From assembly GCA_965214835.1 (NCBI GenBank), contig CBDCCK010000002.1, positions 1,248,001 to 1,312,000 of the forward strand: DNA of 64,000 nt, given 5' to 3'. This DNA is from Nitrosopumilaceae archaeon. GTDB lineage: Archaea > Thermoproteota > Nitrososphaeria > Nitrososphaerales > Nitrosopumilaceae. Both the position numbers and the translations under genes were made by a program. Each line of letters opens with the position of its first letter. Positions within the stretch are counted from its first letter, which is position 1. A model generated the notes under the pieces. It was not told the origin of the DNA and did not search any database. It saw only the letters and a list, made by a program, of their open reading frames with translations. Shown piece after piece: positions 31,132 to 41,058 of this stretch.

Positions 31132-31217
31132 ATGAAATGTTATGTTTTTACGCGCTCAGATACGGTTGTGGGGCACACTATCCGAGTCAGACGTGAGGGA
31201 GCAGACGGGGGTTCAAG

Positions 31218-31445
31218 CTAGTCTTGCACCATCCTGCTGAACATCCACTTCTTCATTTTAGACAGGATTGCTATCCAGAGGACTACGAGGCCGATTGCGA
31301 TCATCCCCTTGACTGCCGAGGATATGATCTGATCAAGGTCGCCAAATCCGGAGATGTGGATTGGTCCCAGGATTGTAACTATGATTCCTCCTCCCAGAAG
31401 CATCAGGGCCCACATGCAGAGGATAAATCCGTACAGCTGCCTCAA
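31218..31445 (-). CDS. Small two-TM membrane protein
   Basis: Two hydrophobic helices; overlaps stop of the upstream gene. Confidence 0.65.
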   Translation of the reverse strand: MRQLYGFILCMWALMLLGGGIIVTILGPIHISGFGDLDQIISSAVKGMIAIGLVVLWIAILSKMKKWMFSRMVQD

Positions 31446-32434
31446 ATCCGTACACCCATCAGATATGCAGATATCACGGCAAGGACTCCGGAAAAGGCGG
31501 CAAGCCTGAAGATGACATGCGAGACCTGTATGTCGGTAAGGGGCATCCTAGATACGATTATCCTCAGCAGCGTAATCGGGGCGCGTGGATCCCTCTTGGC
31601 CCTTAGCTTGAAATCATCGGTGGCAACCACGGGCTTTAAGTGTATGGTGCGATGCTCGGCAAAGCGCTTGACGCTTGACAGAAACAGGAAGGAGTTGACT
31701 ATTGCGGGCAAAAGGGCCACTGCTGCTACAATCTCAACGCCACCTACAATGGCCAGTGTGCCGTACATGGCCCCCAGGGTCAGGGCCCCCGAGTCCCCCG
31801 GAAATATGCGGCTTGGATTCCTGTGATACCTGTAAAAGGCCAGCGATACAAAGACCAGGGGAAGGCTGGCCACTGCGATCTCATGGTTCCCGACTATGAA
31901 CAGGGACAGCGACAGCGACATGCTGGCAATAACCATGAACCCACTTGCCACGCCGTTGAGGATGTCAATTGAGTTTATGGTGTTGCCGGTTATGGGAATG
32001 ATCAGGACAACAACCCCCAGATAAAGCAGCGGGATCTTTACATCCCCGAACAGGGGAAACGCAAGGTCAGTCTCGTATGTGCCCAGGAGGATTATGGGTA
32101 CTGCAGCAGCTGCCAAGGCCAGGGGCTTGAACCACCCACCCATTACCTTTTTGTCATCGATATATCCTACTATGAACGCCAGAAGGCTCGTAAACATTAT
32201 GGCCAAGATCGAGACATTTTGAACAAAGCCAAAAAGAATCGCCTCTGAGACTAGGATCCCGGCAATGATGATAATCCCGCCGGGACGGGCCACCTGTGGC
32301 CTGTCTCTTTTGTGGACATCGGGAACCGTGGAGTTGTGATTAGTCAGGTACCTGATCAGAGCGGGGGTCAAGCCATATACGACGGCAAATGCGGCAGCAG
32401 ATGCGGCAACAGCACCAATGATGTATTCGGCCAA
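31442..32434 (-). CDS. MraY/GPT-family polyprenyl-phosphate GlcNAc-1-P transferase
   Basis: GYIDD, NSIDILNG, IFPGDSG, many TM helices. Confidence 0.9.
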   Translation of the reverse strand: MAEYIIGAVAASAAAFAVVYGLTPALIRYLTNHNSTVPDVHKRDRPQVARPGGIIIIAGILVSEAILFGFVQNVSILAIMFTSLLAFIVGYIDDKKVMGGWFKPLALAAAAVPIILLGTYETDLAFPLFGDVKIPLLYLGVVVLIIPITGNTINSIDILNGVASGFMVIASMSLSLSLFIVGNHEIAVASLPLVFVSLAFYRYHRNPSRIFPGDSGALTLGAMYGTLAIVGGVEIVAAVALLPAIVNSFLFLSSVKRFAEHRTIHLKPVVATDDFKLRAKRDPRAPITLLRIIVSRMPLTDIQVSHVIFRLAAFSGVLAVISAYLMGVRI

Positions 32435-34564
32435 TTATCTTACCCTACGCAGCTGAGACTTTATGTTATTTGCAAGGGTTGAGCCGATTTTATCAATTTC
32501 TGCCAATTTTTTCACCGGGGTCTTTCGCAGCCCGGCGATATCTTTGATCCCGTGCCTGAACAATGTCCGTGCCCTGACCCGGCCTACACCCTTGACCCCG
32601 ACAAGATCGACGAGATCCGGGCGGATCCCGTATGTCAGGCGCGTGCGCAGCACATCGAGCTCCTCTAGCAGGTCGGCGCGCTCGAACTCCTTGGCAATCT
32701 CCCTAAAGCAGTAAAGCAGCCAGTCCCCGGTCTCGACCATCCTGTGCATGTCCCCGGACTCTATGCCCAGGCTGTCAGAGAGGAAGAGCTCGGTAGACTC
32801 AGCTATCCACGAGTCAAGGGCCAGAAGGCTGCGGTTGCAATCGTACTCTGAAATCTGCTCCAGCAGCTCAGACGAGCCGTTCTCAATCAGCAGGCTTGCC
32901 CTTTCATAGTCCTTGCTTCGCAGGCTGAACTTCGGGAAGAACTCGTTACAGGTGGAGACGAGATGCAGGAATCCAAGGGTGTGTAGCTTGCCCCCCGATG
33001 CACCGTCCAGGGACCTTCTAAAGTAGGTGGCAGTCATCGGATCAATGTAAAGCTTGGAGGTCTTTTTGCCAAAGTCAGTGGCCGCGTACCTGTCGCCCTT
33101 TTTTATGAGCATCTCCTCGGTCACAAGAAAGCGCAGTGCAAGACGGATGGCAAACTTGAGGCCGGACTTGGTGGACTGGTGCCCCCCCAGCGTCTGCAGA
33201 AAAAAGTCCAGGATCTCCCCCTCCTTTAGGCCCGGATTTGTCACTATTACACTCAGCACGTGTGTTCTCAGGGACCTGTCATCGGTTATCTTGGACTCGA
33301 TCGGCTCGGGTTCGCCGTTGACATAGTAGTCAACCAGATCGGATGCGTCAAAGCTTCCGGCGACTATAATCGACTCGCCGTGATCGTCGTACTGTGGGCG
33401 TCCGGCGCGCCCGCACAGCTGCTTGTATTCCAGGACGCTGATCGACTTGTTTGTGCCGGACTTTGCATCATACCTGCTTATACTGGAGATCACAACGCGC
33501 CGTGCGGGCAGGTTTACTCCTGCAGCCAGCGTCGGCGTCGAGGAGATCAGCCTTATGCTACCGCCTCGAAACTCGGACTCTACAATCTCGCGGCAGTTCT
33601 GGTTCAGGCCCGCATGGTGAAAGGCCACCCCGTGCCTTACCAGCTGTGCCAGCCGCTTGACAAGGTCGGTGTGCTCGCTTCTGGCAAGGATTTTTTTTGC
33701 CGTCTTTTCAAGGGCTTTTGCATCCTCCTTTGTCAGAAGCTTTGAGACGGCGTCGCAGGCCTTTGTGGCAAGCGACACAGAACGGGCGCGGGTCTCGGCA
33801 AAGAGCAGCGCCTGCCCGCCGTCCCTGACTGACTGCAGGCCCAGATCGACGGGCAGTCCCCTGATGGAGGTTTTTACCTCAAAGTTTTTGCCACCAGGCA
33901 CGATTACCTCCCCTGCATCACACACCCATTCGGAGAGGGGTACGGGCCTCCAGTCGTTTTCAACCAGGTTGCAGCCCAGCCACTCGGCGATTTCACCAGA
34001 GTTGCTGATCGTTGCGCTAAGGCCCACAACCTGCGGATCGGACTCTAGCCGCCTGAGGCGGCTCAGAACCATCTCTAGGGTCGGCCCCCTGTCGGGATCC
34101 CCGATGAGGTGTATCTCGTCTGCAATGACTAGGCCGACATCGTCAATCCATTCGGCATCGTGCCGGATGACGGAATCCATCTTCTCGTTTGTCAGGACGA
34201 GCACATCTGCAAGCCGGAGGTTTTTTTCCAGGCCGTCAAAGTCGCCCGTCGAGATTGCGACCTTGATCTTTTTCCCCAGCGCGGTCTTTTCCATCTTCTT
34301 GAGCTCGGAGTACTTTTCAAAGGCCAGGGCCCGGAGGGGGCTGAGGTAGACTACCTTGCCGGAGCTCCTTGAGAGATAACTGAGGATTGCAAGCATGGCA
34401 ATGAGGGTCTTTCCACTGGCAGTGGGTGCTGAGACCAGGACGCTTTGCCCGTCAAGCAGCCCGGCCCCGACGCTTTGCTGCTGCGGCGGGTACAGATCCC
34501 TGAACCCCTGCGAATCCAGGTATTTGAGCGCTCTTTTGGGAAGATCAAGCTTTGAGACTTTCAT
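32435..34564 (-). CDS. hel308: Ski2-like helicase Hel308
   Basis: APTASGKT, DEIH, FHHAGL, AGVNLPA, GRAGRP, C-terminal HhH. Confidence 0.93.
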   Translation of the reverse strand: MKVSKLDLPKRALKYLDSQGFRDLYPPQQQSVGAGLLDGQSVLVSAPTASGKTLIAMLAILSYLSRSSGKVVYLSPLRALAFEKYSELKKMEKTALGKKIKVAISTGDFDGLEKNLRLADVLVLTNEKMDSVIRHDAEWIDDVGLVIADEIHLIGDPDRGPTLEMVLSRLRRLESDPQVVGLSATISNSGEIAEWLGCNLVENDWRPVPLSEWVCDAGEVIVPGGKNFEVKTSIRGLPVDLGLQSVRDGGQALLFAETRARSVSLATKACDAVSKLLTKEDAKALEKTAKKILARSEHTDLVKRLAQLVRHGVAFHHAGLNQNCREIVESEFRGGSIRLISSTPTLAAGVNLPARRVVISSISRYDAKSGTNKSISVLEYKQLCGRAGRPQYDDHGESIIVAGSFDASDLVDYYVNGEPEPIESKITDDRSLRTHVLSVIVTNPGLKEGEILDFFLQTLGGHQSTKSGLKFAIRLALRFLVTEEMLIKKGDRYAATDFGKKTSKLYIDPMTATYFRRSLDGASGGKLHTLGFLHLVSTCNEFFPKFSLRSKDYERASLLIENGSSELLEQISEYDCNRSLLALDSWIAESTELFLSDSLGIESGDMHRMVETGDWLLYCFREIAKEFERADLLEELDVLRTRLTYGIRPDLVDLVGVKGVGRVRARTLFRHGIKDIAGLRKTPVKKLAEIDKIGSTLANNIKSQLRRVR

Positions 34565-36648
34565 ACTCGGTTATAATGACCGGGTTTTGATTCATAAATA
34601 GATGCTTCGCGGAGCATCCTTCTGAGGAATTTACGTGCATCCTCCTCGGTAAACTTGCCGGTCTTTTCCAGCTCCTTGACGAATATCTTTTCCTCTACTG
34701 CGGTCTTGTTCTCTCCCTCCAGTGACTTGAGGACATCCATGAACAGCTGCATCTTGGATACCTCGCTTCTGGGCTTTCCCTGCAGGACGCCTAGATCGAC
34801 CTTGCCGGTGTTCACGTCAACGCCTGCATCCTGCAGCATGCTCTCAATCAGGAAGATGGCGCGCTCTGCATCCTCCTCCTCAACCTGGTCCTTCATAAGG
34901 AGCCTTGCGCGGGCAGTTGACAGGCGTATGATGCCTTCTAGCTGCCTGGGAGTCACGGTAATCATCTCCTCGGCCTCGACATTCCTCATCTTCAGATAGT
35001 ACTCCAGAATCTTGCTTTCTGCCTCCTTTGTCAGGTCAGGAGTGGAGCGCTTTGCATATGCAAGGTATTTCGTAAGGATGTCGATGTCAATCAGGGACCG
35101 GCTGCCTGCCCCCTGTGGGGTGTGAAGCTCGATGATGTGCCTCGCTATTTTCTCATCGCGCTCCCTTGTCGGGATGTCCCTTACCACAAAGATCAGGTCA
35201 AACCTTGTCAGTAGCGGAGTGGGCAGGTTTACATTCTCGGTTATGTTCTTAAACGGGTCATACTTGCCGTACATCGGGTTTGCAGCTGCCAGAATCGACG
35301 TTCTGGCGTTGAGCGTGGCCACGATGCCACCCTTTGCAATGCTGGCAGACTGCTGCTCCATTACCTCGTGCAGTGCGCTCCTGTCCTCGGGCTTCATCTT
35401 GTCAAACTCGTCGATGCACACTAGGCCCTGATCCCCCAGGACGACGGCGCCTGCCTCTAGCATCATTATCCCGGTCTTGTCCCTGACGACTGCAGCCGTG
35501 AGGCCGGCAGCAGTCGAGCCCCTGCCGGAGGTGTAAAGGCCCCTGGGTGCAATGCGTGCACAAAACTTTAGCATCTCGCTTTTTGCAGTACCGGGATCGC
35601 CGACTAGAAAGATGTTGATGTCCCCGCGGATCTTGCTTCCGTCAGCCAGTGCGCGCTGGGTAGAGCCTACTATCAGTAACAAGATGGCCTCCTTGATTAT
35701 TGTCTGTCCTTGTATGTGGGGCGCAAACGAGTCTATCAGTCGCTGGTAGACGTCGGAGCTTTTTGCCAGTGCCCTGATGATTTTTTCCTCCTCAGATGAG
35801 ATCTCTTCCCTCTCGGTCTTTCTCTGGCTTTTGGCGCCCCGCCCTCCAAGGAACTCTATGTTGTTTCCGTCAATGCGCAGCCGGTATACGGCACTGCTTG
35901 TCTTGCTGATGCCGGAGATCGGCTCCTGTTCAATCCTTACTACCCCTGTGAGTATGATCCTGTCGCCGGGACGTGCGTTATCCACGAGATCCTGCTTTAT
36001 TGTGACGTCGACATAGTGCGGAAGCTGTCCGGGGGGCAGGTCCTCTGGCAGTTCCTGCAGCCTGAGTATCTGAAAGTCTATGAACCGGCTGGAATCAGGC
36101 TTGAGTTCAAGCTCCCTGTGGGTACACTTTGGATCAGAGCACTTGGCGGGGGTGTTGACGCTCATGCCCTTTTGCAGGTAAATCTGGGTGACGTGACCGT
36201 CCGGGCACGTGTAGATTATCTCCCGGGCAAGTGGCTTGACCTCTGATGCGCGAACCACCATGCCGGAGACGCTGGTCACTTTGCTGATGACCTCGGCGTT
36301 GATCTGCCGCAGGCTTCGCTGCACCGGATAGTTTACAATCCTGACCCTGGTCTCATCCTTGATTTTTTCGGCATACTTTGGGAACCTTTCCTGAAGGATT
36401 TCATTGATTGCGCGCGAGAATGCATCAAGTATCTCGTCTGGTTGCTCGTTGAAGATGGATTCGATTTGGGGTTCTGTCACCAGGTCATTATAGTCAACGA
36501 CGATGAACTTTGCGCGCTTTGGCATCATCTGATCTATCTCCTCCACATAGGAATAGAAGCCACCCTTGCTCCTGAACTGGGTAAGGAACTCCTTTACCTT
36601 GTCAGACAGTCCAGACTGTGAGAATGTCGTAGTCTCGGTGCTACTCGT
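34561..36648 (-). CDS. mcm: MCM replicative helicase (start codon uncertain)
   Basis: GDPGTAKS, GLTAAV, IDEFDKM, TRFDL, Zn finger. Confidence 0.95.
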   Translation of the reverse strand, partial: TSSTETTTFSQSGLSDKVKEFLTQFRSKGGFYSYVEEIDQMMPKRAKFIVVDYNDLVTEPQIESIFNEQPDEILDAFSRAINEILQERFPKYAEKIKDETRVRIVNYPVQRSLRQINAEVISKVTSVSGMVVRASEVKPLAREIIYTCPDGHVTQIYLQKGMSVNTPAKCSDPKCTHRELELKPDSSRFIDFQILRLQELPEDLPPGQLPHYVDVTIKQDLVDNARPGDRIILTGVVRIEQEPISGISKTSSAVYRLRIDGNNIEFLGGRGAKSQRKTEREEISSEEEKIIRALAKSSDVYQRLIDSFAPHIQGQTIIKEAILLLIVGSTQRALADGSKIRGDINIFLVGDPGTAKSEMLKFCARIAPRGLYTSGRGSTAAGLTAAVVRDKTGIMMLEAGAVVLGDQGLVCIDEFDKMKPEDRSALHEVMEQQSASIAKGGIVATLNARTSILAAANPMYGKYDPFKNITENVNLPTPLLTRFDLIFVVRDIPTRERDEKIARHIIELHTPQGAGSRSLIDIDILTKYLAYAKRSTPDLTKEAESKILEYYLKMRNVEAEEMITVTPRQLEGIIRLSTARARLLMKDQVEEEDAERAIFLIESMLQDAGVDVNTGKVDLGVLQGKPRSEVSKMQLFMDVLKSLEGENKTAVEEKIFVKELEKTGKFTEEDARKFLRRMLREASIYESKPGHYNRV

Positions 36649-37162
36649 TTTTATCACCCAGTATTTTCTCCTTGAAACTCTTGCTGTTTTCATAGATTGT
36701 GTTGTAGAATGCATGCTCCTCAACGGTCAGTTTTTGTGCAATTTCTGCGGTAAGCTTTGAGGAATCGGCCAGCCGGATAATCTTTCCCTGCCTCTTTCGG
36801 ACCAAGGAGTTTAGCATGCTTCCGACCTTGTCGTTGTCTGACTCGGATAACCGCCTCATGTGTGCCCTGAGTCGGATGTAAAAATGGGAGTCTAGCGTTG
36901 CCAGCTCAAACTCCCCCTGGACGTTTTCCTTGACAATTGCCTGCTTTAGCTCCACGACCATGTCCTTGTCCTGAATCTCTGCATGGTTTTCAGACTCTAG
37001 GACATCGGCCACCCACCTAGGCAGATTGAGTATCTCCCCCTGCTTTCCCTCAACATGCACGTCTGAGACATCAAGCTTGACGTCATGGTTAAAGGAGACC
37101 TTGACGTCCTCGAGGTTAAATCCCACGGTGCTTGCTCTTACTATGTTGTCTATATCGGACAT
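36641..37162 (-). CDS. GINS subunit (Gins23-type)
   Basis: LPRWVA..L, FY, RQGKIIRLA, LTVEE; directly upstream of mcm. Confidence 0.85.
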   Translation of the reverse strand: MSDIDNIVRASTVGFNLEDVKVSFNHDVKLDVSDVHVEGKQGEILNLPRWVADVLESENHAEIQDKDMVVELKQAIVKENVQGEFELATLDSHFYIRLRAHMRRLSESDNDKVGSMLNSLVRKRQGKIIRLADSSKLTAEIAQKLTVEEHAFYNTIYENSKSFKEKILGDKNE

Positions 37163-37441
37163 TGTAGGGATCATTACCCTCCTGAAATCAGTTGATGTAT
37201 TGGATCGATCAATTCTGTTAACACTTTGGTGAGATCAATTGATCCTACTGCCTCCTCACGCATGAACAATAAATGGGAATCCCTTGCTTTTTTGATGCTG
37301 GTCATTAGGCGATTACCCAGAGTATATAGCCTAGGCTGACAGGACGGCCCCCGACATGTGACGGGCAGTATCATGGACGCACCGGCAGGAAGCATCTGCC
37401 GGAGAGGCGATTCACAACAAGTTTTGATCATGGGTATACGG

Positions 37442-37552
37442 GTAACAGCTCGGGCTCTGGAAGTGATTTATGATTTTAGGCACAAATTACATCTGCGAAG
37501 ATCCCTTTGGCGATAAAATTCATGCCTGAACTTCCAGAGCCCGAGCTGTTAC
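37442..37552. mobile_element. MITE family D (111 bp)
   Basis: Perfect 23-bp TIR GTAACAGCTCGGGCTCTGGAAGT, perfect 8-bp TSD GTATACGG. Confidence 0.92.
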
Positions 37553-37741
37553 GTATACGGATATGCGCCAAACGGATCAAAATGATCGCAAAAATCACAT
37601 CACTTGCCAGATTGCTTAACAAATTTGATAGAAAAACCCGGGATGTGCACACGGTTGTTAATTATGAATCACTTTCCGGGCCATTCGGCTACCCCGAGTT
37701 TGTGATGCCATTTATTAGTGGAGTTTTGGCAATACTTCACC

Positions 37742-38692
37742 ATGGCATCAGACTTTATGTGGGTTGAAAAGTACAGGCCGCAAAGGCTACCTGAAATCGT
37801 AAACCAGAAGGATGTCGTGGGCAGCATTGAGGCCCTGATAAAAAACGCATCAGAGATGCCACACATGCTGTTTTCAGGATCTGCAGGTGTCGGAAAGACT
37901 ACGGCTGCACTGTGCATTGCAAGGGAGGTGCTGGGAGATGTTTGGAGGGAATACACGCTGGAGCTGAATGCGTCTGACGAGAGGGGAATAAACATGGTAC
38001 GCGAAAAAATCAAAAAGTTCTCCAGGTTTGCAGGTATTGATCAGATTCCGTTCAAGTTCATCATACTGGATGAGGCAGACGAGATGACGTCAGATGCCCA
38101 GACGGCGTTGAGGAGAATAATCGAGGATACTGCGAAATTTTGCAGGTTCATCATCATAGCAAACAACATCTCAAAGATTATTGATCCAATCCAAAGCAGA
38201 TGCGCGATTTTCAAGTTTACAGCAATCCCGGAGGAGGAAGTAATTGACCACCTGGCCGCGGTTGCAAAAAAAGAAAAAGTAAAATCAGACAAGAAGGGGC
38301 TAAAGGCAATCTATGACTATACCGAGGGAGACCTTCGCCATGCGATCAACCTGCTCCAAGCAGCAGCAAGTCTAGGTGCGGTCTCGGAGGACGTGGTAAG
38401 GTCATCTGCAGGACTGACCAAGGCAAGCGATGTGGACGGCATCCTGAGGCTGGCCACGGATGGAAAGCTGTCACAGGCCAGAGACAAGATGATTGAGCTG
38501 ATCAAGGTATACGGAATGTCAGAGTCTGACTTTTTAAAGTACCTCAATTCCGCAGTGTTCAAGTCCAAAGCTGGCAATCCAAGTCGGGCCCTGGAGATAA
38601 TTGCAAAGTACGACTATAGGGTTCTAGTCGGGGCAAATCCCGAGATCCAGCTATCGGCCATGCTTGCCGAGCTTGGAGGTCTGAATGACTAG
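37742..38692 (+). CDS. rfcS: Replication factor C small subunit
   Basis: WVEKYRP, GVGKTT, ELNASDERG, DEAD, SRC. Confidence 0.95.
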   Translation: MASDFMWVEKYRPQRLPEIVNQKDVVGSIEALIKNASEMPHMLFSGSAGVGKTTAALCIAREVLGDVWREYTLELNASDERGINMVREKIKKFSRFAGIDQIPFKFIILDEADEMTSDAQTALRRIIEDTAKFCRFIIIANNISKIIDPIQSRCAIFKFTAIPEEEVIDHLAAVAKKEKVKSDKKGLKAIYDYTEGDLRHAINLLQAAASLGAVSEDVVRSSAGLTKASDVDGILRLATDGKLSQARDKMIELIKVYGMSESDFLKYLNSAVFKSKAGNPSRALEIIAKYDYRVLVGANPEIQLSAMLAELGGLND

Positions 38693-38832
38693 TACAAGGA
38701 GGGGCTAGAAAGTTTTTGGCAACGCAGAGGCCGTGTGAGATCCGGGCTGTCGCCCAATTCATCAGAATTCCTGAAAACCACGAGATGTTATGGAGACTGG
38801 ACGCGCAAGAGTGTTGCCAAGAATCATAAAAG

Positions 38833-38916
38833 CGCAGAGAGGGGGATTCGAACCCCCGTGCGATTGCTCGCACAGGCTCTCAAGGCCCGCGCCCTACCAG
38901 GCTAGGCGACCTCTGC
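38833..38916 (-). tRNA. tRNA-Ser(TGA)
   Basis: Cloverleaf with long variable arm, anticodon loop CTTGAGA. Confidence 0.93.
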
Positions 38917-38997
38917 AAGCTTCAAAACGCAGCAGTGGTTAAAATTTGTTAAGGGATCGTGGGATTTTGAAAAAATAAGAAAAAAGAAGGTGTTTCT

Positions 38998-39534
38998 CTA
39001 GTCGTGCGCGTGTGGGTTCACAGAACCGCCCTGCATCTGTACATACGTACCTGCGGCCTTTTCATGATGCTCTTGGTATGACGGCTCAATGAGGATCGCC
39101 TTTTCAGGACATGCCTCTTGACAGGCCATGCACTGGGTGCAGTCATGCTCCCTGATCGGTTGTGATTTGTCAGTATAATCTAGACGTTCATCCTGCTCGG
39201 TCAGGCCGGTTCCCTCAAAGGTCTCGCCCATGCACTGTGCTGCCGGTATGTCTTTTTCGGTTCTGTACCATTGGAAGGTTTGGACGGGACACACACTCAT
39301 GCATGAGCCTTGAGCAGTACACTCGTCCCAGTCGACTGCGACCGTAGTTCCGTGGATGCCGAGCGGAACCTGTTCCTCGCCGCGTGCCTCATATGCTGCC
39401 TTGACCTCATCGTTTGAAAATGCATTACCGTCGGTTCTGCCTTTTCCCCAGATGAAGTGTTTATTCTCACCGTCAGAATGGTTTGTCTGGCCAACAACTT
39501 CTAGATTGTCAACAAATTTCTCATCTATTGGCAT
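38998..39534 (-). CDS. Dicluster ferredoxin (Zfx-like) paralog 1
   Basis: CTAQGSCMSVCP and CTQCMACQEACP. Confidence 0.88.
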   Translation of the reverse strand: MPIDEKFVDNLEVVGQTNHSDGENKHFIWGKGRTDGNAFSNDEVKAAYEARGEEQVPLGIHGTTVAVDWDECTAQGSCMSVCPVQTFQWYRTEKDIPAAQCMGETFEGTGLTEQDERLDYTDKSQPIREHDCTQCMACQEACPEKAILIEPSYQEHHEKAAGTYVQMQGGSVNPHAHD

Positions 39535-39551
39535 GAACTAATTACTTTGAG

Positions 39552-39564
39552 GATATTATTTAAA
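39552..39564 (-). promoter_or_regulatory. TATA-box promoter element shared by both ferredoxins
   Basis: TTTAAATAATATC 18 nt upstream of ATG; identical 13-mer at 40192-40204. Confidence 0.6.
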
Positions 39565-39644
39565 GCTAGACAAAATTAGTCGAGACTAAAGCCGCATCGA
39601 TCAGGGGTGAAAAAAGGTTACAAAATGAAAAATGTGGGAGGTGT

Positions 39645-40175
39645 CTAGTCGTGCGCGTGCGGGTTCTCTCCGCCCTTGAGCTCGGTATAGGTTCCAGCCG
39701 CCTTTTCATGTGCCTCCAGGTTCGATTGATCAACCTTGATGGCCTGCGGGGGGCATACGGACACGCATGCCATGCACCAAATGCAGTCATGCTCCCTGAT
39801 TGGATCCGCCTTGTCGGTATAGTCCTTTCTCTCCTCCTTTTCGGAGCTGCCGGTACCCTCAAAGGTTTGTCCCACGACATCCTTTGCGGGGATGTCCTTT
39901 TCGGTTCGGTACCACTGGAAGACCTGTACGGGGCACGCCTCAATGCAGGCGCCATCGGCAACGCAAGAGTCCCAGTCAACTGCGACCATGGTTCCGCTGA
40001 CACCCAGTGGTTCGTAGGTCTCGCCACGCGCCTTGTATGCTGCCTGAACCTCATCGTTGGTGGAGGTCTCGGCATCCGCTCTTCCGGGGCCCCACATAAA
40101 GTGGAATTGTCCGTCGGAGGTCTGGATCCTTCCTTTTGGTTCATATCCCTCCGGAAAGTTTTCTGGTATTGGCAT
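39645..40175 (-). CDS. Dicluster ferredoxin (Zfx-like) paralog 2
   Basis: [12 protein letters not shown] and [12 protein letters not shown]. Confidence 0.9.
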   Translation of the reverse strand: MPIPENFPEGYEPKGRIQTSDGQFHFMWGPGRADAETSTNDEVQAAYKARGETYEPLGVSGTMVAVDWDSCVADGACIEACPVQVFQWYRTEKDIPAKDVVGQTFEGTGSSEKEERKDYTDKADPIREHDCIWCMACVSVCPPQAIKVDQSNLEAHEKAAGTYTELKGGENPHAHD

Positions 40176-40223
40176 GAATCAAATCTTGGCAGATATTATT
40201 TAAACCTAGGCAGGCCAATTGCG

Positions 40224-40312
40224 GTAAGAGTTTACCCCCTAGGCGACACTGCGGGCAGGGCCTTGATCATCATACCTACCATGCAGCATCTTCTGGAGGG
40301 GCAAACTCTTGC
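40224..40312 (+). mobile_element. MITE family B copy (89 bp)
   Basis: GTAAGAGTTTAC/GCAAACTCTTGC; degenerate flanks CCAATTGCG/CCGATTGCC. Confidence 0.8.
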
Positions 40313-40392
40313 CCGATTGCCGCAAACTAGGTAAGATCCGCAGCACGGATCTATTCCTTACGTTCATATCGTTTGACGTCATGACGTATCGG

Positions 40393-41058
40393 GTGGACAT
40401 AGTCAAGTATGACGTTTACAGGGGTCCGAATATCGGAGTTTACACCAGTGCGAACGATGATTTTGTTTTCATGCCAAACGGGTTTACCAGGACCAAGGCA
40501 GAGGCGCTTGCAAAACATCTAGATGTAGAGTACAAAAACATCTCAGTCGGAAATACAAGGGTTATTGGGGCACTCATGATAGTAAACAACCACGGCCTGC
40601 TTTTGCCACGAACCGCATACCCGGACGAGATTGAGTTTTTGGAAAAGACTGCAGGATTGAACGTGGAGGTCTTGGAGACAAAGCACAACGCGCTTGGAAA
40701 CATGATGGCAGTAAACGACAGGGGGGCGATCGTATCGCCGCTGATTGAAAGGGAGAGCATCAGGAAAATCGAGCAGGCGCTAGACGTGGAGGTCATCCAG
40801 AGAAGGGTCGCCGGGTACAACCAGGTGGGAGCGGTGGTTCGTGCAAATTCGGAGGGGGGGATCATACACCCGGAGACCGATGAGGAGGATGTCAAGACGT
40901 TCTCGAACGTTTTAGGCGTGAATTTGGAGCCTGCGACCATCAACGGGGGGGTGCCATTTGTCGCATCGGGAACCTTGGCCAACAACAAGACGGTCATCGT
41001 GGGCTCCTTTACAACAGGACCCGAAATCATGATGCTAACGCGCGCCTTTGTCAGCTGA
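40393..41058 (+). CDS. eif6: Translation initiation factor aIF-6
   Basis: NIGVY, NNHGLLLP, ALGN..VND.GA, ATINGG, TTGPEI. Confidence 0.92.
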   Translation: MDIVKYDVYRGPNIGVYTSANDDFVFMPNGFTRTKAEALAKHLDVEYKNISVGNTRVIGALMIVNNHGLLLPRTAYPDEIEFLEKTAGLNVEVLETKHNALGNMMAVNDRGAIVSPLIERESIRKIEQALDVEVIQRRVAGYNQVGAVVRANSEGGIIHPETDEEDVKTFSNVLGVNLEPATINGGVPFVASGTLANNKTVIVGSFTTGPEIMMLTRAFVS

